The notes beneath the pieces were generated by a model that was not told the origin of the DNA, made no database searches, and worked only from the letters and a program-made list of their open reading frames with translations. From positions 1 to 29,717 of the IMG/VR virus record IMGVR_UViG_3300048848_000285: DNA of 29,717 nt; one strand, written 5' to 3'. This stretch comes from a virus. Lineage: Duplodnaviria > Caudoviricetes. The position numbers and the translations under genes are program-made. Shown here piece after piece: positions 1 to 7,679 of the stretch (position 1 is the first letter of the stretch; every line of letters starts with the position of its first letter).

Positions 1-1053
1 CTACCCGGCTTCGAGCTTGCGGATCGCGTTCTCGGCGAGGCGGGGATCCCGGTTGAGGTAGTGCAGGTCCAGGATCTGGTTCACGTCACGGAGCGAGTGG
101 CCCGTCACCGTCGCGATCTCGACCGGCGTGGCGCCGGCGAGGGCCAGACGGGTGACCGCGGTTCCGCGCAGATCGTGGAAGGTGACGTCGGCGACCTTCG
201 CCTTGATGCAGGCTTTCCGCCACGAGGCGCGAAAGCCGGCTTCCGTCCAAGGCGTGCCGCGTTCCGTCAGCAGGATGTGTTGCGTCGCCGGCCGATTGTC
301 CGGGCCCAATGCGTCGAGCGCGGCCTTGAGCGGCGCACCTACCGGAATGACGACGCGGGTGCCCGTGCGGCCTAGCTTCTTGCGCACCGTCTTGCGCTGG
401 ATCAGCCGAATGTGGGTGCCGTCGTAGTTCGCCCAGGTGAGGCGCAGCAGGTCGCCCTGGCGTTGGCCGGTCCAGAGTGCGAGCCGCAGCGCCAGGTGCA
501 GGTGCGCCGGGGCGTGTGCGTAGAAGGCAGCCTCGTCGGTTGCCGTCCAAACCGCATCGGAGCGGGCGGCGCGGTAGACCAAGCCACCGGCCTTGCATGG
601 GTTCACGGTGGCGAGGCCGCGGTCGACCGACCATGACAGCACCCGTGCCAGCACTGCGAAGGAATAGTCGGCCTGGCGGCGTGATTTCAGCGCCAGACGA
701 TCTCGCCACGCCATGAACTCGCCGCGCGTGCGGCGGTCCTCGAGCGCGGCGATCGGGAAGGTGCCGAACTCGGCATCGATGATGCGCAGGTGCTTGCGGT
801 AATCGGCCTTGGTGCGGTCGGCGAGCTGGGCGAAGTCGGACGAGTCCTGATAGCCGTCCAGCAGCGCGCGCAGGATGTCGTCGCGGGCGGCAGCCCGCGC
901 AGCAACGGCGCGGCTGTAGCTCGCGTGGAACTCGGGCGTGCCGAAGCGGCCCTCCACACGCGGCCCACCCTTCCATGCGTAATAGTAGATTTCGACCTGA
1001 CCGTTCGCGAGCTTCTTGCGGACGCGGTTCAGGCCCTTGAGTTTAACCCGCAT
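1..1053 (-). CDS. int: Tyrosine recombinase / phage integrase (350 aa; start re-set to MRVKLKG at 1053)
   Basis: TGQRQGDL (catalytic R), FHDLRGT (HxxR), TGHS and C-terminal HY; N-terminal YYYAWKGGPR arm-binding-like region. Confidence 0.93.
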   Translation of the reverse strand: MRVKLKGLNRVRKKLANGQVEIYYYAWKGGPRVEGRFGTPEFHASYSRAVAARAAARDDILRALLDGYQDSSDFAQLADRTKADYRKHLRIIDAEFGTFPIAALEDRRTRGEFMAWRDRLALKSRRQADYSFAVLARVLSWSVDRGLATVNPCKAGGLVYRAARSDAVWTATDEAAFYAHAPAHLHLALRLALWTGQRQGDLLRLTWANYDGTHIRLIQRKTVRKKLGRTGTRVVIPVGAPLKAALDALGPDNRPATQHILLTERGTPWTEAGFRASWRKACIKAKVADVTFHDLRGTAVTRLALAGATPVEIATVTGHSLRDVNQILDLHYLNRDPRLAENAIRKLEAG

Positions 1054-1240
1054 CGCGCTGTGCCCGCCACGAGTCGAAGGGGGTTGCCGCCGGCGTGCTG
1101 TCGGCCGCGTGCACCAGCACGATGCGGCCGTCGCGATCGATCTCTGTACGGACGATCTCGAGCCCGCCCGCGCGGGTGGCGCGGACGGCACGTGTCAGGT
1201 CGACCTGACGGAAGAGGACAGGCGCCTTTCGCGTCGCCAT
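1043..1240 (-). CDS. Small excisionase-like protein (65 aa)
   Basis: Overlaps the int start; FRQVDLTRAVRATRAGGLEIVRTEIDRDGRIVL resembles small proteins preceding alphaproteobacterial integrases; function inferred from position. Confidence 0.6.
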   Translation of the reverse strand: MATRKAPVLFRQVDLTRAVRATRAGGLEIVRTEIDRDGRIVLVHAADSTPAATPFDSWRAQRDAG

Positions 1241-1244
1241 GGGA

Positions 1245-1376
1245 TTAGCCTTTCGTCTTGGGAGCAGGGGTGAGGGGCAGGAGGCGCAGCTGCCAGCCTT
1301 CCGCGGGGTGCTGCCGGTCGAGCGCCTGGCAGGCGCCGCAGGTGCAGCGGTGCGGGTTGGCCGGCGGCTGCGGCAC
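1245..1376 (-). CDS. Small hypothetical protein with HRCTCGAC motif (43 aa, GTG start)
   Basis: Fills the gap between the GapR-like and xis-like genes; C-terminal part of track ORF 1245..2018. Confidence 0.4.
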   Translation of the reverse strand: MPQPPANPHRCTCGACQALDRQHPAEGWQLRLLPLTPAPKTKG

Positions 1377-1378
1377 CG

Positions 1379-1615
1379 TCAGATCCCGAGCGCTTGCTTG
1401 TAGGTTTCGAGCAGCATGTCGGCTTCGTCGCGGTGGTGCTTCTCCATGCGGCGCAGCTTGATGACGGCACGGATGGTCTTCACGTCGAAGCCGGTGCTCT
1501 TCGCCTCGGCATAGGTGTCGCGGACGTCGTCGGCGATGCCCTGCTTTTCCTCTTCGAGCCGCTCGATGCGTTCGATCAGGAGGCGAAGTTGCTCGGCGGA
1601 AATGGTGTCGCTCAT
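1379..1615 (-). CDS. DUF2312/UPF0335 (GapR-like) DNA-binding protein
   Basis: AEQLRLLIERIERLEEEKQGIADDVRDTYAEAKSTGFDVKTIRAVIKLRRME is the family signature. Confidence 0.9.
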   Translation of the reverse strand: MSDTISAEQLRLLIERIERLEEEKQGIADDVRDTYAEAKSTGFDVKTIRAVIKLRRMEKHHRDEADMLLETYKQALGI

Positions 1616-1623
1616 GAGGGTTC

Positions 1624-1809
1624 CTAGAGGCCGAAGGGGACGAGGAGGCCGGGCCCGTCGGCCAGGCGATCCAGCACGAAGGTGAAGGCTTCTCCGACGG
1701 TGAGGCTGACGAGGACGAGCGCGATCTTGCGCCGATCGGACATGCGCGGCGCGAGCGCGGCGGGCGTGCAGCGGTCGCAGCGGCAGGCGAGGGCGTGGAT
1801 GGCGGGCAT
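1624..1809 (-). CDS. Small hypothetical protein with HALACRCDRC motif and a hydrophobic segment
   Basis: ATG at 1809 directly after the upstream stop (1811-1813); tightly packed in the early operon. Confidence 0.55.
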   Translation of the reverse strand: MPAIHALACRCDRCTPAALAPRMSDRRKIALVLVSLTVGEAFTFVLDRLADGPGLLVPFGL

Positions 1810-1810
1810 G

Positions 1811-1939
1811 TCAGCGCCGATTCGCAAAGGCGCGCGCGAAGATCGCGGCGAGCAGGATCGGCGAGATCAGCAGCGCACCGGCCACTACGGCGAACATGCG
1901 GGCGCGGCGCCAGCGGCGGGGCTGGGCGGCGGCGATCAT
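1811..1939 (-). CDS. Small single-TM protein, 42 aa (MIAAAQPRRWRRARMFAVVAGALLISPILLAAIFARAFANRR); not in ORF track
   Basis: Hand-translated; ATGA overlap with the upstream gene; basic N-terminus then hydrophobic helix. Confidence 0.55.
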   Translation of the reverse strand: MIAAAQPRRWRRARMFAVVAGALLISPILLAAIFARAFANRR

Positions 1940-2355
1940 GCGCCCGGCTCCGCGGCGGGATGGCAGTAGGAGCAGTGGGTGGGCGTGGCCCAGCGGCGAG
2001 GCCCGCGCTGTTCCTCATCCCAGGAGTGCCAGGCGCTTGCTCCGCAGCCCCGACAGACGCGCGGGTGCGGGGCCGGGCCGGCGAGCTGGTAGTAGACGGC
2101 CGGGTCGAGCGGGTAGCAGGCGGCGAGCCGCTCGATCGGCCGCGCCTTGCGCGCGATCACCAAGTCGACCTCCAGCAGGCGGACGAATGCGCGAGCGGAC
2201 GGACGATCGGTGAAGGTCGGCGCGAGCAGGGTCGCGACATCCTCCACCGACAGACCGGCAGCCTCACGCCGCAGCCGCAGATAGGCGGCAGGGCGCAGGC
2301 GCGGCGCTTCGTCGGCGGGCGGCGCGGTGGTGGGCAGGATCAGGCTGTGCATCAT
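1936..2355 (-). CDS. XRE-like HTH protein with C-terminal Cys cluster
   Basis: YLRLRREAAGLSVEDVA (HTH start); CRGC...HCSYC possible Zn finger. Confidence 0.65.
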   Translation of the reverse strand: MMHSLILPTTAPPADEAPRLRPAAYLRLRREAAGLSVEDVATLLAPTFTDRPSARAFVRLLEVDLVIARKARPIERLAACYPLDPAVYYQLAGPAPHPRVCRGCGASAWHSWDEEQRGPRRWATPTHCSYCHPAAEPGA

Positions 2356-2467
2356 TGGGAGGACCTTCTTCACAGACAAGCGGGGGGCGTTCCCGGCGGC
2401 GGGGGAGCCGTGGCCGGGTGGCGGGAGCGGAACGGGGAAGGAGCGTGCGGCCCGGGGCCGCGTCAGA

Positions 2468-2803
2468 TCAGCCGCTCATGGCGGCGTCGGTGGGCGGTGA
2501 GGCAGGGTCGGCGTCGTTCGCCGGCTCCCGCGCGTCGTCGTTGGCGTGGCGGGGGCGGGTGCCGCCAAGCGCGGGATTGCCGACCGGCAGGTGGATGCCG
2601 GCGCGCGGCTTCGCGCTGGGGCGGATCGTGCGGATGACAGAGAGCTGCGCCACGAAGGTGTGGCCGCAATCGTCATCGTCGCAGCGATAGCGCAGCTCGC
2701 GCACCAGCGGCGACAGCTGCTCGCTGGTGCGGACCAGCGACCGCGCGCCGCAATGCGGGCAGTGGATGCTGGGAATTCGGTTCTTGCCAGTCGGCGCCTT
2801 CAT
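2468..2803 (-). CDS. ogr: Ogr/Delta-family zinc-finger late-gene activator (111 aa)
   Basis: CPHCGARSLVRTSEQLSPLVRELRYRCDDDDCGHTF matches the P2 Ogr C4 zinc-finger pattern; ATGA overlap with the upstream gene. Confidence 0.88.
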   Translation of the reverse strand: MKAPTGKNRIPSIHCPHCGARSLVRTSEQLSPLVRELRYRCDDDDCGHTFVAQLSVIRTIRPSAKPRAGIHLPVGNPALGGTRPRHANDDAREPANDADPASPPTDAAMSG

Positions 2804-3294
2804 TGGGCTCCCCCCATTTTCGTGGCGTTCGGCCCCGCGCCGAACGGCAGGAAAGTTCTGAGGCGCCGCATCAGCGCGCCCATGGCGCCGTGCGCCTCTT
2901 CGGCCTCCGCCAGGGCGCGGTGCACGTCGCGCTCGCCGGCGTTGGGCTTGATGACGGCAATGGTCGCCTCCGCCGCCTCGCCGAACTCGCGGGAGGCGCG
3001 GGCGAGATCGTCGGCAAGGCGCAGCTGGCAGGCGGCGTGCTGGGCGACTTCCTCGCCCAGCAGCTCGGCATAGACTTCGTAGAGCGGCGCGCCGTCGCCT
3101 CCCGCAGCGCGATAGGCCGCGTCGAGCGCGATCGCCTGGGGCAGGCTGGGCGCGAAGTCGCTGTCCGGGTCCATCCACTTGTAGATGCGGCGCTCCGCCC
3201 GTCCGGCGACCTTGGCCGCGAGCGGGACGCCGAGCACGCCGACGATCTTCGTGATCGCGTGCGGGATGGTGAGAGGGGTGCGCGGCTTGGTCAC
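2800..3294 (-). CDS. Phage regulatory protein, CII-like
   Basis: N-terminal HTH-like region (AAKVAGRAERRIYKWMDPD), helical C-terminus, position directly after cro. Confidence 0.6.
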   Translation of the reverse strand: MTKPRTPLTIPHAITKIVGVLGVPLAAKVAGRAERRIYKWMDPDSDFAPSLPQAIALDAAYRAAGGDGAPLYEVYAELLGEEVAQHAACQLRLADDLARASREFGEAAEATIAVIKPNAGERDVHRALAEAEEAHGAMGALMRRLRTFLPFGAGPNATKMGGAQ

Positions 3295-3605
3295 GGCCGC
3301 ACCGTGCGGGGCGAAATGGCGCGTCGATCGCCCGAGACGGTCGACGCGCCACCGCCTACCAAGTCCCCCGGCGCGGAAAGGGAAGCGGAGGGCTCGGCGG
3401 GATAGAGATCGGGGCGAAGCAGATGGCGGGAGACGCCGGTCGCGCGCTCAACGGTGAGGACGTGCTCGGCGGGAAGATGTTTGCGGTTGCGCAGCCACTT
3501 CCAGACCGCGGGCTGTGTGACGCCACACAGACGGGCGAACGCCGACTGCGAACCGGATCGTTCAACGGCGTGCTCGAGTGCTGTGGATGCGCCTTGCTGC
3601 GTCAT
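3291..3605 (-). CDS. Cro-like (YdaS family) HTH regulator
   Basis: GSQSAFARLCGVTQPAVWKW and VSRHLLRPDLY motifs; divergent from cI. Confidence 0.85.
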   Translation of the reverse strand: MTQQGASTALEHAVERSGSQSAFARLCGVTQPAVWKWLRNRKHLPAEHVLTVERATGVSRHLLRPDLYPAEPSASLSAPGDLVGGGASTVSGDRRAISPRTVRP

Positions 3606-3688
3606 AACCTCAGCTATGACGAAACTACTAAATGTGTCAAGTGGGAGTCTGCGCTTTGCCGCTATTACCGCGGTAATAGAGTGCGCCC
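3603..3688. promoter_or_regulatory. cI/cro divergent control region with operators
   Basis: Perfect 18-bp palindrome CTATTACCGCGGTAATAG (3662-3679); related CATAACCTCAGCTATG (3603-3618); TTGACA on the minus strand (3635-3640); TTGCCG..TAGAGT just before the cI ATG. Confidence 0.7.
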
Positions 3689-4345
3689 ATGACATTAGGC
3701 GAACGCCTCACAGAACGGCTTGCTAAGCGCGGTCTTTCGCAATCCGAGTTGGGCCGCCGGATTGGTGTGTCTCAGGGCACGATAGCGCATCTCGTGCGTG
3801 GCCGTTCCGTTGGATCGAAGCACCTCCACGCTATCGCGAGAGAGCTAGGCACTACGCCAGCGTACCTGAGCGGCGAGACTGACGATCCCTCTGAGGGAGC
3901 GTTGCCGCTGCCATCGCCGACTGTGATTGCGGAGCAACTCGATCTAGTCGAAATTCGCTCGATCGACTTCGCCTACGGCATGGGCGGCACCTTCGGCGAG
4001 GACCACATCGAGGAGGAAGTCCTGCACTTCCCCCGCAAGTGGATCCGGGCAATTACGTCCTCGCCAGCCCCATCGCTCACCTTTGCGCGGGGCAGGGGCG
4101 ACTCCATGGCCCCCACCATGAACGAAGGCGACGTAATCCTGATTGACCGCTCCCAGCGCACCATCCTGGAGCAAGACGCCATCTGGGCGCTGACCCTCGG
4201 CCCCATCGCCATGGTCAAACGTCTCCGCGTGAAGGGCGAGCAGGTAACCATTTTCTCGGATAACGACCGTGTGTTGCCCGATACGGTTCATGCCGACGAA
4301 CTTAACATCGTGGGACGCGTGGTTTTTGTGGGACGGCGTCTTTAA
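3689..4345 (+). CDS. cI: CI-type prophage repressor (XRE HTH + S24 peptidase)
   Basis: GLSQSELGRRIGVSQGTI HTH; GDSMAPT (catalytic Ser) and MVKRL (catalytic Lys). Confidence 0.93.
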   Translation: MTLGERLTERLAKRGLSQSELGRRIGVSQGTIAHLVRGRSVGSKHLHAIARELGTTPAYLSGETDDPSEGALPLPSPTVIAEQLDLVEIRSIDFAYGMGGTFGEDHIEEEVLHFPRKWIRAITSSPAPSLTFARGRGDSMAPTMNEGDVILIDRSQRTILEQDAIWALTLGPIAMVKRLRVKGEQVTIFSDNDRVLPDTVHADELNIVGRVVFVGRRL

Positions 4346-4346
4346 C

Positions 4347-4373
4347 TTGCGCGTTCCGCACGCCTGCTATTAT
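4347..4373 (+). promoter_or_regulatory. Possible sigma70 promoter for the cargo operon
   Basis: TTGCGC ... extended -10 TGcTATTAT upstream of the ATG at 4395. Confidence 0.35.
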
Positions 4374-4394
4374 CAGCGTTATAGGGGGGCGGTA

Positions 4395-4592
4395 ATGATC
4401 AACTTCATCAACAATCATGCAAGCGAGGTGTGGACCTCCGTAGTTTCGTTGATCGCAGGGTTTGCTGGCGGGTCCCTCGTGACATTACGTATTACGCGCA
4501 GCAACTCGGCGAGCGGCTCCGGCCAGGTAGTGAACCAAAGCCGATCCCGAGTTGGAGGCGATCAGATAGTCGGGGATAAGTACCGCCGGTGA
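4395..4592 (+). CDS. Small membrane protein (65 aa) with C-terminal motif shared with LmuA
   Basis: G-rich RBS-like stretch; hydrophobic VWTSVVSLIAGFAGGSLVTL; tail NQSRSRVGGDQIVGDKY; GTGA overlap with the next gene. Confidence 0.7.
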   Translation: MINFINNHASEVWTSVVSLIAGFAGGSLVTLRITRSNSASGSGQVVNQSRSRVGGDQIVGDKYRR

Positions 4593-4708
4593 ACCGTCTA
4601 CCGGCACCCGGAGGTGACCGCCTCCCGGCGGGGAGTTACCCTGCGCTTGGTGACATCGACCAGAGCCGATCCAAGGTCTCCGGCGACCAAGTCATAGGCG
4701 GGAAGTAC
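4533..4708 (+). repeat. Diverged 51-bp / 17-aa direct repeat (4533-4583 and 4658-4708) lying in two different genes
   Basis: NQSRSRVGGDQIVGDKY vs DQSRSKVSGDQVIGGKY, 11/17 identical. Confidence 0.9.
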
Positions 4709-5224
4709 CACGCGGGAGGGGACATCAATCTTACGACGGTAAACAGCGCTTCCCGGCAGGCGACCGTGCTGGAGCAACTGCTCGTGCGGCTCCATGAGGA
4801 GGTTGAGGGCAGGATTCACTGCCAAGACACTGTAGCTAAGTTACGGCGGTACCAAGGAGGCTCACGTTCAGACGATGTGATTGGGCTCGCTGCTAAGCTG
4901 CAGCGATCGGGGCGAGAGACGCACATCGATGACGCTTTAGAGCAAAAGGAAATGTTCTCTAAACTACTTGAAAGCTGGTCACTGTACGCTTCAGCTCAAG
5001 AGATATTCGTTCATCTTCTTGCTCGTGCTGAACATCTCTTTAAAAGTGAAATACACCCGGACGTAGGGCAGCTTTCAGTATCGGATGTCAATAGGTTGAT
5101 TAACAATCGGATAGTCGACCCGGTTGTTTTTGAGTGTGGTGCCACAATGCTTCAGATTGACCACTTGACCGCGATGGGCATGGTGTATTGGCTCGCAGAA
5201 CAATGCTTTATCCGGTGGCACTGA
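4589..5224 (+). CDS. lmuA: ABC-three-component/Lamassu CTD protein (LmuA-like) with no recognisable enzymatic effector
   Basis: GLAAKLQRSGR...SAQEIF and terminal GMVYWLAEQCFIRWH typical of ABC-3C C-terminal domains; precedes the middle component and SMC-like ATPase. Confidence 0.75.
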   Translation: MNRLPAPGGDRLPAGSYPALGDIDQSRSKVSGDQVIGGKYHAGGDINLTTVNSASRQATVLEQLLVRLHEEVEGRIHCQDTVAKLRRYQGGSRSDDVIGLAAKLQRSGRETHIDDALEQKEMFSKLLESWSLYASAQEIFVHLLARAEHLFKSEIHPDVGQLSVSDVNRLINNRIVDPVVFECGATMLQIDHLTAMGMVYWLAEQCFIRWH

Positions 5225-5225
5225 C

Positions 5226-5741
5226 GTGCTGACCTTTCAGCCTGCACTTGATCCCTTTCACGCGGTATTCCGATCCTTTCGGCTTCTCACCGCGTTGGAG
5301 GAATGTTCGCCGATTGAATGGGATAAGTACCGAGTACTCGATTTCTACCTCGCATTCCCATTCCGGGCCGCGGATTTCAAATTTCCAAAAGGGCAGACTG
5401 CTTTTCGGAAAGTCGCTAAAGCAATGGAATGGATGAGGCCCTATGGTGGTTTGCCGGACGATCAGGATCTCGTCGTCCGGATGGAGCCTGTGCAAAGTGC
5501 CGCCGTCCAGACACTGGCGAGCCTCGGCTACCTCGATCAGGACGCTCTCAAGGGCGGTGCGGTCGACTGGGGTGTCCGGCCCCTGCCGGATCTTCTGAAA
5601 GCTCGAATTCAAGAAGTGAATGGTGAACAGGCCGACCTAATGGTCATGTTATCCAGCCTTTGCTTGAGTGTTCCGTTGCTCGGACAGGACGGGATCAAAC
5701 GGAGGAGTGGCCTCTTGGAATACCGCAATGACGCTATTTAA
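5226..5741 (+). CDS. lmuC: ABC-three-component middle component (LmuC-like)
   Basis: MLTFQPALDPFHAVFR start, LDFYLAFP and GIKRRSGLLEYR; size and position between the CTD gene and the ATPase. Confidence 0.75.
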   Translation: MLTFQPALDPFHAVFRSFRLLTALEECSPIEWDKYRVLDFYLAFPFRAADFKFPKGQTAFRKVAKAMEWMRPYGGLPDDQDLVVRMEPVQSAAVQTLASLGYLDQDALKGGAVDWGVRPLPDLLKARIQEVNGEQADLMVMLSSLCLSVPLLGQDGIKRRSGLLEYRNDAI

Positions 5742-7641
5742 GCCGACGCTGATGGTCGAGCGCATGCTGGTCGAGCGGGACTCGCAGAGCGTGTACGATG
5801 AGATGTTCCACCGTGGTCTGAATGTTGTTCGTGGTGACAATTCGTCAGGAAAATCTACCGTCCTCAATTTTCTTTATTACGGGCTTGGGGGAGACTTGAC
5901 GGATTGGAGCGAGGCGGCGCGTTTGTGCTCCCGTGTTCTTCTGCAGGTGAACATCAATGGAGACACCGCTACCCTAGCGAGGGATGTCACCACAAAGGCT
6001 CGTCCCGCCATGGACATCTTCGCGGGTACGATTGACGATGCGCTTGAAGCTCCTGCGGCGAGGTGGCTTCGGTTTGGATATACCCGCTCCGAAAAGCGAG
6101 AGAGCTTTTCGCAGGCTCTCTTCAGACTCATGGATGTCCCAGAGGTTGCTACCGATCAGTCCGGGAATATCACGATGAATCAGCTTCTCCGCATCTTGTA
6201 TGCGGACCAGCTGAGTCCGGTGGAGACGATTTTAAAGTTCCAAGGAACTTTCGACAACGGTGACCTGCGCGATGCTATAGGGCGGCTGGTATTCGGCGCA
6301 CACTCTATTAAGTTCTATCAAAATGAGCAGGAACTGCGCAGGCTCGACAAAGACCTAGACCAAGTCATCGGTGAGTATCGCAGCCTGCTACACTTTGCCG
6401 GTGAAGCGGGGGAGGGCTTCACCTACGAGTTCCTGCAAGCAGAGCGATCGCGGCTGGAGAGGCTAGCCGCGGACCTTGCGGATCAGGTCCTTTCCATTGA
6501 AAGGTCTGGCGGTGCCGCTTCTGAGGATCAGCCCACTCTGCGCGGGCAAGAGCAAGCTTATGCAGCGGTTGTTTCTGCCCAGACTGCGTTAGCGGACGCA
6601 ATAGGTGAGCGAGACCAGCTAGCCCTTAAGATAGCAGACTCCGACAGATACCTAAAGGCTTTGAGGAACAAGCTCGAATCCCTACAAGACTCATCGATGG
6701 TCGCGGACGTCATAGGTGATGTTTCGTTCAGAGAGTGCCCTGCTTGTCATGCTGTGGTTGAGGAGCCCGACATCCCCCACGCGTGCTACCTCTGCAAAGA
6801 ACCTTTTGATGAGGGGCACGAGCGTGGTCGTATCATTCGACTGATGAACGAGACTGCGCTGCAAATTAACCAGTCCGAGGGTCTTCAGCGCCGCCGTATG
6901 GAGAGGGCGGGCAGTATAGATGAGGAGATTTCCCGTCTAACAAAGCTATGGCGGTCGGCGGCGCAACGTTATCAATCATCCGCGCGATCACCGACGACTG
7001 AAAGCCAGCTGCGCCTTCGGGAGCTTGTCCGGGAGTCGGGCTACGTCTCGCGCCAGCTTGATGAGCTATCCCGCCGAGAGAAATGGGCGGAGCGGCTTTT
7101 GATGCTCGCAGAGCGACGCGAGGAAATATCAGCGCGTATGGCTGGTTTACGAGCGGAGAACGAAGCGCTGGAGCGTGAGCAGCAGCACCGCCTAAACGTG
7201 GCCGCAACCGTTACCTCTGAAGAGGTGAAGGAGCTGCTCAGAAACGATCTGCGACGGCAGGACGTGTTTGAAGATCCCCGTTCGGTTAAGTTCAGCTTTC
7301 GTGATAACATCATATCGGTAAACGACGAAAACTACTTCTCCGCGAGCTCACGTGCTATCCTGAAAAGCAGCCTAACCCTTGGCTTGCTAGCGGCATCTAC
7401 AAAGTTAGAGTTTATGAGGCATCCACGTTTCTGCATGATAGACTCTCATGAAAATATGGGAATGGAGCCTGTTAGGAGTCACAACTTCCAGGAGCAGGTG
7501 CTTCGAGTTTCTCGGGAGAGCAAAGTGGAACACCAGATTGTTATAGGTACCGCGATGATCGCTCCAGAGTTAGATAGCGATGAGTTCACCGTAGGTCGGC
7601 ACTATACACGTGACCAGCCAGCGTTGGCGCTCCGCCTCTAA
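5728..7641 (+). CDS. lmuB: SMC/Rad50-like ABC ATPase (LmuB-like), 637 aa
   Basis: Walker A GDNSSGKST, long coiled coils, central CPAC...CYLC hook, degenerate signature FSASS, Walker B-like CMIDSHE. Confidence 0.85.
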   Translation: MTLFKPTLMVERMLVERDSQSVYDEMFHRGLNVVRGDNSSGKSTVLNFLYYGLGGDLTDWSEAARLCSRVLLQVNINGDTATLARDVTTKARPAMDIFAGTIDDALEAPAARWLRFGYTRSEKRESFSQALFRLMDVPEVATDQSGNITMNQLLRILYADQLSPVETILKFQGTFDNGDLRDAIGRLVFGAHSIKFYQNEQELRRLDKDLDQVIGEYRSLLHFAGEAGEGFTYEFLQAERSRLERLAADLADQVLSIERSGGAASEDQPTLRGQEQAYAAVVSAQTALADAIGERDQLALKIADSDRYLKALRNKLESLQDSSMVADVIGDVSFRECPACHAVVEEPDIPHACYLCKEPFDEGHERGRIIRLMNETALQINQSEGLQRRRMERAGSIDEEISRLTKLWRSAAQRYQSSARSPTTESQLRLRELVRESGYVSRQLDELSRREKWAERLLMLAERREEISARMAGLRAENEALEREQQHRLNVAATVTSEEVKELLRNDLRRQDVFEDPRSVKFSFRDNIISVNDENYFSASSRAILKSSLTLGLLAASTKLEFMRHPRFCMIDSHENMGMEPVRSHNFQEQVLRVSRESKVEHQIVIGTAMIAPELDSDEFTVGRHYTRDQPALALRL

Positions 7642-7679
7642 AGCACGCGGTGCTGAGTGATTGCAGAAGGGCAGTCGGG

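Noticed and set aside
1054-1191. N-terminal 46-aa extension of the integrase in the ORF track
   Set aside because: Overlaps the xis-like gene and is low-complexity; ATG at 1053 fits better
2804-3352. 294-aa version of the Ogr ORF
   Set aside because: Upstream part is an alternative frame of the CII-like gene; Ogr begins at 2803
4592-4640. RLPAPGGD/RLPAG mini-repeat at the LmuA N-terminus
   Set aside because: Too short to interpret on its own; may be linker, or the true start may differ
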